DNA from: a virus
Taxonomy: Duplodnaviria > Caudoviricetes
Reading direction: 5' to 3' (one strand)
IMG/VR virus record: IMGVR_UViG_3300032281_001326
Location: 28-64,027 of that record
Length of the DNA stretch: 64,000 bases
In this document: positions 60,871 through 64,000 of the stretch, piece after piece
Numbering within the stretch: the stretch's first letter is position 1
How the letters are laid out: the number at the start of each line of letters is the position of its first letter
Notes under the pieces: generated by a model
What the model was told of the DNA's origin: nothing
Databases searched by the model: none
The model's input: only the letters and a program-made list of their open reading frames with translations
Program-made: the position numbers and the translations under genes

Positions 60871-61248
60871 TTACGCGCCTTCGCGTAATATCCTTTGCGC
60901 GGAAACACTCAAGTCGCCCCCAGAAGAATCATTTCTCATATGATTTTTAATTAAATCCTCTGAAACCATACTTCTTGAAGCAATAAATTTTCTAAACTCT
61001 CTCATCAATCTATCCTTAAGAACCCTTCTGTCTACAGACGGAACTAAACCAACTTTTTCTGCGTGTCTATGCAGATCAGTTGAATTCAATTCATTTACAA
61101 ATGACTCATACTCCGACTCATTAGAACACCTATAAGGATTAGAAAGATTTTCACCAATTAAGGCATCTAAAGTCTTAAAGCCTGAGCCGCCAGCTATTTT
61201 TCCATCGACTTGGTCCAACTGATCTATAGATTTATTTTTTTTAGCCAT
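60871..61248 (-). CDS. Hypothetical protein
   Basis: 125-aa ORF in the structural operon. Confidence 0.65.
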   Translation of the reverse strand: MAKKNKSIDQLDQVDGKIAGGSGFKTLDALIGENLSNPYRCSNESEYESFVNELNSTDLHRHAEKVGLVPSVDRRVLKDRLMREFRKFIASRSMVSEDLIKNHMRNDSSGGDLSVSAQRILREGA

Positions 61249-61282
61249 ATTTTTATATTAGTTAAATATAATTTAATTTCAA

Positions 61283-63184
61283 TTAATTGTCTGAAAACGC
61301 AGCCGCGATTTGAGCAACCGTACTTTCTACAGTCGCACAATTATTAAGCCTTGCCCATATGGAATTGCTATTTGCGCCGCTGATATTAAAATTAAAAAAG
61401 TCACTTGCCGTCAATACCGCGTTTCCAATTCCGGTACCAACGGGAATATTAAATGAAACATTGCTAGGAGAAGGAACGTTACAGCTTCCAATTAAGTTTC
61501 CTCCAGCATAAGAAATACCATATCTTACATCACTAGATAATGGATATGTATTGGAGGAAATAGGATCAGTTAATGTTCTTGTGGTATTGTAATTATCGGG
61601 ATCTCTAAAGATAATTTTTGGATTACTGATTGTTTTATTTAAAAACAATTGACCAAGTACTGGAAAATTTCCTTGAGAACCTAATTCTACTTCTTCGACA
61701 ATAAATCTAGCGTTTGTTCCAACCGTAAGTGCAGCTACTCCATCCCTTTGCGCTCCAGCAACTAAGGTATTTCCATATTCGTTTCCTATTACTCTTTTAA
61801 TATACACGTTTCCGCTGGAAGCTCTAATTCCACAACCAGTTAAACCGCCATATACATTTCCTACCACTGTAGTTGTACTGTTTACCGAGGTTTGACTAAT
61901 AGAATAATTTGACTCAGCGGTGGGCGAAACAAAATTCTGATTTTTACCGTAAACATTGCCAGTTATGTTTAAAATTCCAGCAGTATTTGTAATGTTTGTG
62001 ATACCAGTTCCATTGTTGTTCGGATGAGTATCATAAATGTTTCCGGTAAAGTTTAAAATAGCAGAAGAATTATTTAAACTAATAGCCATATTGCTAGGAG
62101 CATCTTTAACATCTATATTACCTGTAACATTAACAATAGCTGGTCCGGTTATGCTTAATCCATATGTGGTTGTTGCTACAGTCCAGTTATTAGTGCTTGA
62201 TGACGGACCCCCCGCAACATCTCCTATAATATTAACAGAATTTGAACCCGTTAAGTTAACAGCATGTTTTGTTGTTAAATTTGCTGTCAAATAAGTAGAC
62301 CTTCCGCCTGTGCAATTTCCTACTATATTAACAGATACATCAGATCCTCCCGCTAAAGCAATCCCAATTTGGCTGGTGGCTGATCCAGAGCCTCCTTCTA
62401 CGTTTCCATATATATTAACTTCTCCCGCAACAGAATTTAAAGATAACGCAACACCAATTCCATTATTTGAAGCTCCGTAACAATTTCCATTTATAGTCAA
62501 ATCCCCTTGGGAACTTGTTGCGAAGGAGATTGCTGTTCCCGTAGACCCGTAAACATTTCCATTAACTGTTATTAAACCATAAGAAGAAAGTATATTACTT
62601 TGTCTTATTGTATACCCATTCGTGCTTGTATTACTACCAAATACGTTTCCATTAACTATTATATTTCCGTTTAAAACATTTACGATACCAGAACAATATG
62701 CTGCCAACCCACCATTTACATTTCCGGTTAAACTAATAGTTCCCGAAGAAGAATTTCTAATTGCTTCCGCATGTTGTATGTTAGTATTGTTTGTTGTTGT
62801 TAGTGAAATATTTCCACCCGTGACTGTTCCAGAAACGCTAAGAGTTCCTGTTCCTAGATTATCAACTGCTCTACCTAATGCTGCTGTTCCTCCAGTTACG
62901 TTACCATTTATAGTTGGACTTGAATCATTTGTAACTTCTAAACAGACTGTTGCTCCAACCTGTACATTTGCATTTATAGTAACATTACTAGAAACTACAA
63001 ATTTACCACCAGCAGTTGCACTATGTTCAGCAATATTTGAAATTTTGGTGCAAGTAATATTAGTGTCGATAGTAACCGTATGAGTGTTACTATAAACATT
63101 ATCCCCAGCAGTAGGAACATTTCCTCCTACCCATGTAGAAGAACTTGAAAAATTACCAGATTGTGTAGCACGAATGTTTGCCAT
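61283..63184 (-). CDS. Beta-helix virion fibre/adhesin-like protein
   Basis: N-terminal SGNFSSSSTWVGGNVP.AGD.V motif, ~30-aa G-N-V-x-G-G repeats, C-terminal SDVRYG.SY...G...VP. Confidence 0.7.
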   Translation of the reverse strand: MANIRATQSGNFSSSSTWVGGNVPTAGDNVYSNTHTVTIDTNITCTKISNIAEHSATAGGKFVVSSNVTINANVQVGATVCLEVTNDSSPTINGNVTGGTAALGRAVDNLGTGTLSVSGTVTGGNISLTTTNNTNIQHAEAIRNSSSGTISLTGNVNGGLAAYCSGIVNVLNGNIIVNGNVFGSNTSTNGYTIRQSNILSSYGLITVNGNVYGSTGTAISFATSSQGDLTINGNCYGASNNGIGVALSLNSVAGEVNIYGNVEGGSGSATSQIGIALAGGSDVSVNIVGNCTGGRSTYLTANLTTKHAVNLTGSNSVNIIGDVAGGPSSSTNNWTVATTTYGLSITGPAIVNVTGNIDVKDAPSNMAISLNNSSAILNFTGNIYDTHPNNNGTGITNITNTAGILNITGNVYGKNQNFVSPTAESNYSISQTSVNSTTTVVGNVYGGLTGCGIRASSGNVYIKRVIGNEYGNTLVAGAQRDGVAALTVGTNARFIVEEVELGSQGNFPVLGQLFLNKTISNPKIIFRDPDNYNTTRTLTDPISSNTYPLSSDVRYGISYAGGNLIGSCNVPSPSNVSFNIPVGTGIGNAVLTASDFFNFNISGANSNSIWARLNNCATVESTVAQIAAAFSDN

Positions 63185-63187
63185 TTA

Positions 63188-63472
63188 CTATAATCCTTTT
63201 ACATTAATATAATTTTGAATTGCATTATAAATTTCATTGATGGCTTGCTGTTCTTCGCCGGAAGCTGCATTCAAACTACCCAATAACACACTCTTATAAT
63301 AAGAATCTTTTTTTATTATATTGCCTTCTTGATCTATCCTCGTGGGGACAAGCCTGAGCGCCGCATTTATTTCAAACTGCCCGTTTTTTTTATAAAACGA
63401 AGTAACGGCAAGATTTGCTGAATACTTTGGATAAACCTCGTCTTCAATAGTTATTGGATTTTTTGCATTCAT
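63188..63472 (-). CDS. Hypothetical protein (possible fibre-associated)
   Basis: 94-aa ORF coupled to the fibre gene. Confidence 0.55.
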   Translation of the reverse strand: MNAKNPITIEDEVYPKYSANLAVTSFYKKNGQFEINAALRLVPTRIDQEGNIIKKDSYYKSVLLGSLNAASGEEQQAINEIYNAIQNYINVKGL

Positions 63473-63490
63473 ATATTTAATTTAATAAAG

Positions 63491-64000
63491 TTATTGATAA
63501 TTTAAAAAATATCTTCCAGTCCACGGCGAATTTGTAGATTTCAATACTGATCCAGAAACTGTTCCAGAAGAAGTAAGTTGTATTTTCTTTACCGTCCAAA
63601 CGTTGTCTGATTCCGCGCTTCCTACCAAAGCCCTCCCAACGTAGGAAATACCACTTTGATAATCTGATAAAATTGAAGCACCGTTCGCACTGATATTAAG
63701 ATTACTTATTTGAGATTGCAATGAACCGCTTAAGCCGGTAATAGAATTTGTTATTTCTTGCCTTAATACGCCACTTAGTCCAGTTATAGAATTAACTGCT
63801 TCTTCTTTTAATACGCCACTTAAACCAATGATTAAACTATTTATATTTGAAATAGAAAAATCTAGCCCGGAACTTAAAGCTCCGCTAAATAGATTTAAGT
63901 CTTCGCTTGTTACGTAATCTGACAAATCCTGCTCTTGAACCTCGCCCGACAATAAAATGGGAACGCCTCCAACTACCGGCTTGTTATCAAAATAGGCTAC
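63491..64000 (-). CDS. Virion protein, 5'-truncated by the window edge
   Basis: Frame is open from 64000 (VAYFDNKPVVGGVPILLSGE...); TGLSGVL repeats; YVGRA..GS.ES..VW..KKI C-terminal module. Confidence 0.65.
   Translation of the reverse strand, partial: VAYFDNKPVVGGVPILLSGEVQEQDLSDYVTSEDLNLFSGALSSGLDFSISNINSLIIGLSGVLKEEAVNSITGLSGVLRQEITNSITGLSGSLQSQISNLNISANGASILSDYQSGISYVGRALVGSAESDNVWTVKKIQLTSSGTVSGSVLKSTNSPWTGRYFLNYQ

Noticed and set aside
450-63083. Numerous short opposite-strand or nested ORFs in the six-frame track (e.g. 450-659, 1265-1609, 19433-19762, 48793-49233, 62622-63083)
   Set aside because: They lie antisense to or inside well-supported genes, have no recognisable motifs and show shadow-ORF composition.
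63950-63952. ORF-track start (TTG, MSGEV) for the last gene
   Set aside because: The frame stays open to 64000, so the true start lies outside the window.
1-64000. Alternative genetic code (TAG/TGA recoding), as in some large phages
   Set aside because: Conserved genes are full length under code 11 and coding density is high; TAA, TGA and TAG all serve as stops.

Overview
This window is a 64 kb piece of an AT-rich, large tailed dsDNA phage genome (Caudoviricetes). It uses the standard genetic code and shows no integrase, no host housekeeping genes and no CRISPR array. Capsid, terminase and portal genes are not in the window. Four blocks run left to right. (1) 1-6.7 kb, minus strand: translation-rescue and RNA-repair genes (Rnl1-type RNA ligase, CX5R phosphatase, calcineurin-like phosphoesterase), a complete tmRNA with an unusually long 34-codon tag, and a structured ~250-nt RNA directly upstream of it. 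(2) 6.7-31.5 kb, minus strand: replication, recombination and nucleotide metabolism (Pol III alpha split into PHP, exonuclease and core genes; primase; DnaB; RecA-like; NrdAB; dUTPase; dNMP kinase; sigma factor), interleaved with many glycosylation genes (gmd, a methyltransferase, several glycosyltransferase families). (3) 31.8-34.6 kb: a four-gene plus-strand island behind a structured divergent intergenic region. (4) 34.6-64 kb, minus strand: neck, tail tube, chaperones, tape measure and tail tip genes, with no sheath gene seen, so probably a siphovirus morphotype. The standout is the 3453-aa tape measure protein. Ten copies of a G-F-[VI]-P-[NS]-F motif, several nearly identical at DNA level, divide ~1400 aa into modules. 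These include two PD-(D/E)XK nuclease-like domains, a GNAT acetyltransferase, a P-loop kinase, a HAD phosphatase and two unassigned domains, which suggests a shuffleable, virion-delivered effector cassette. All calls come from manual motif reading; no database searches were run.
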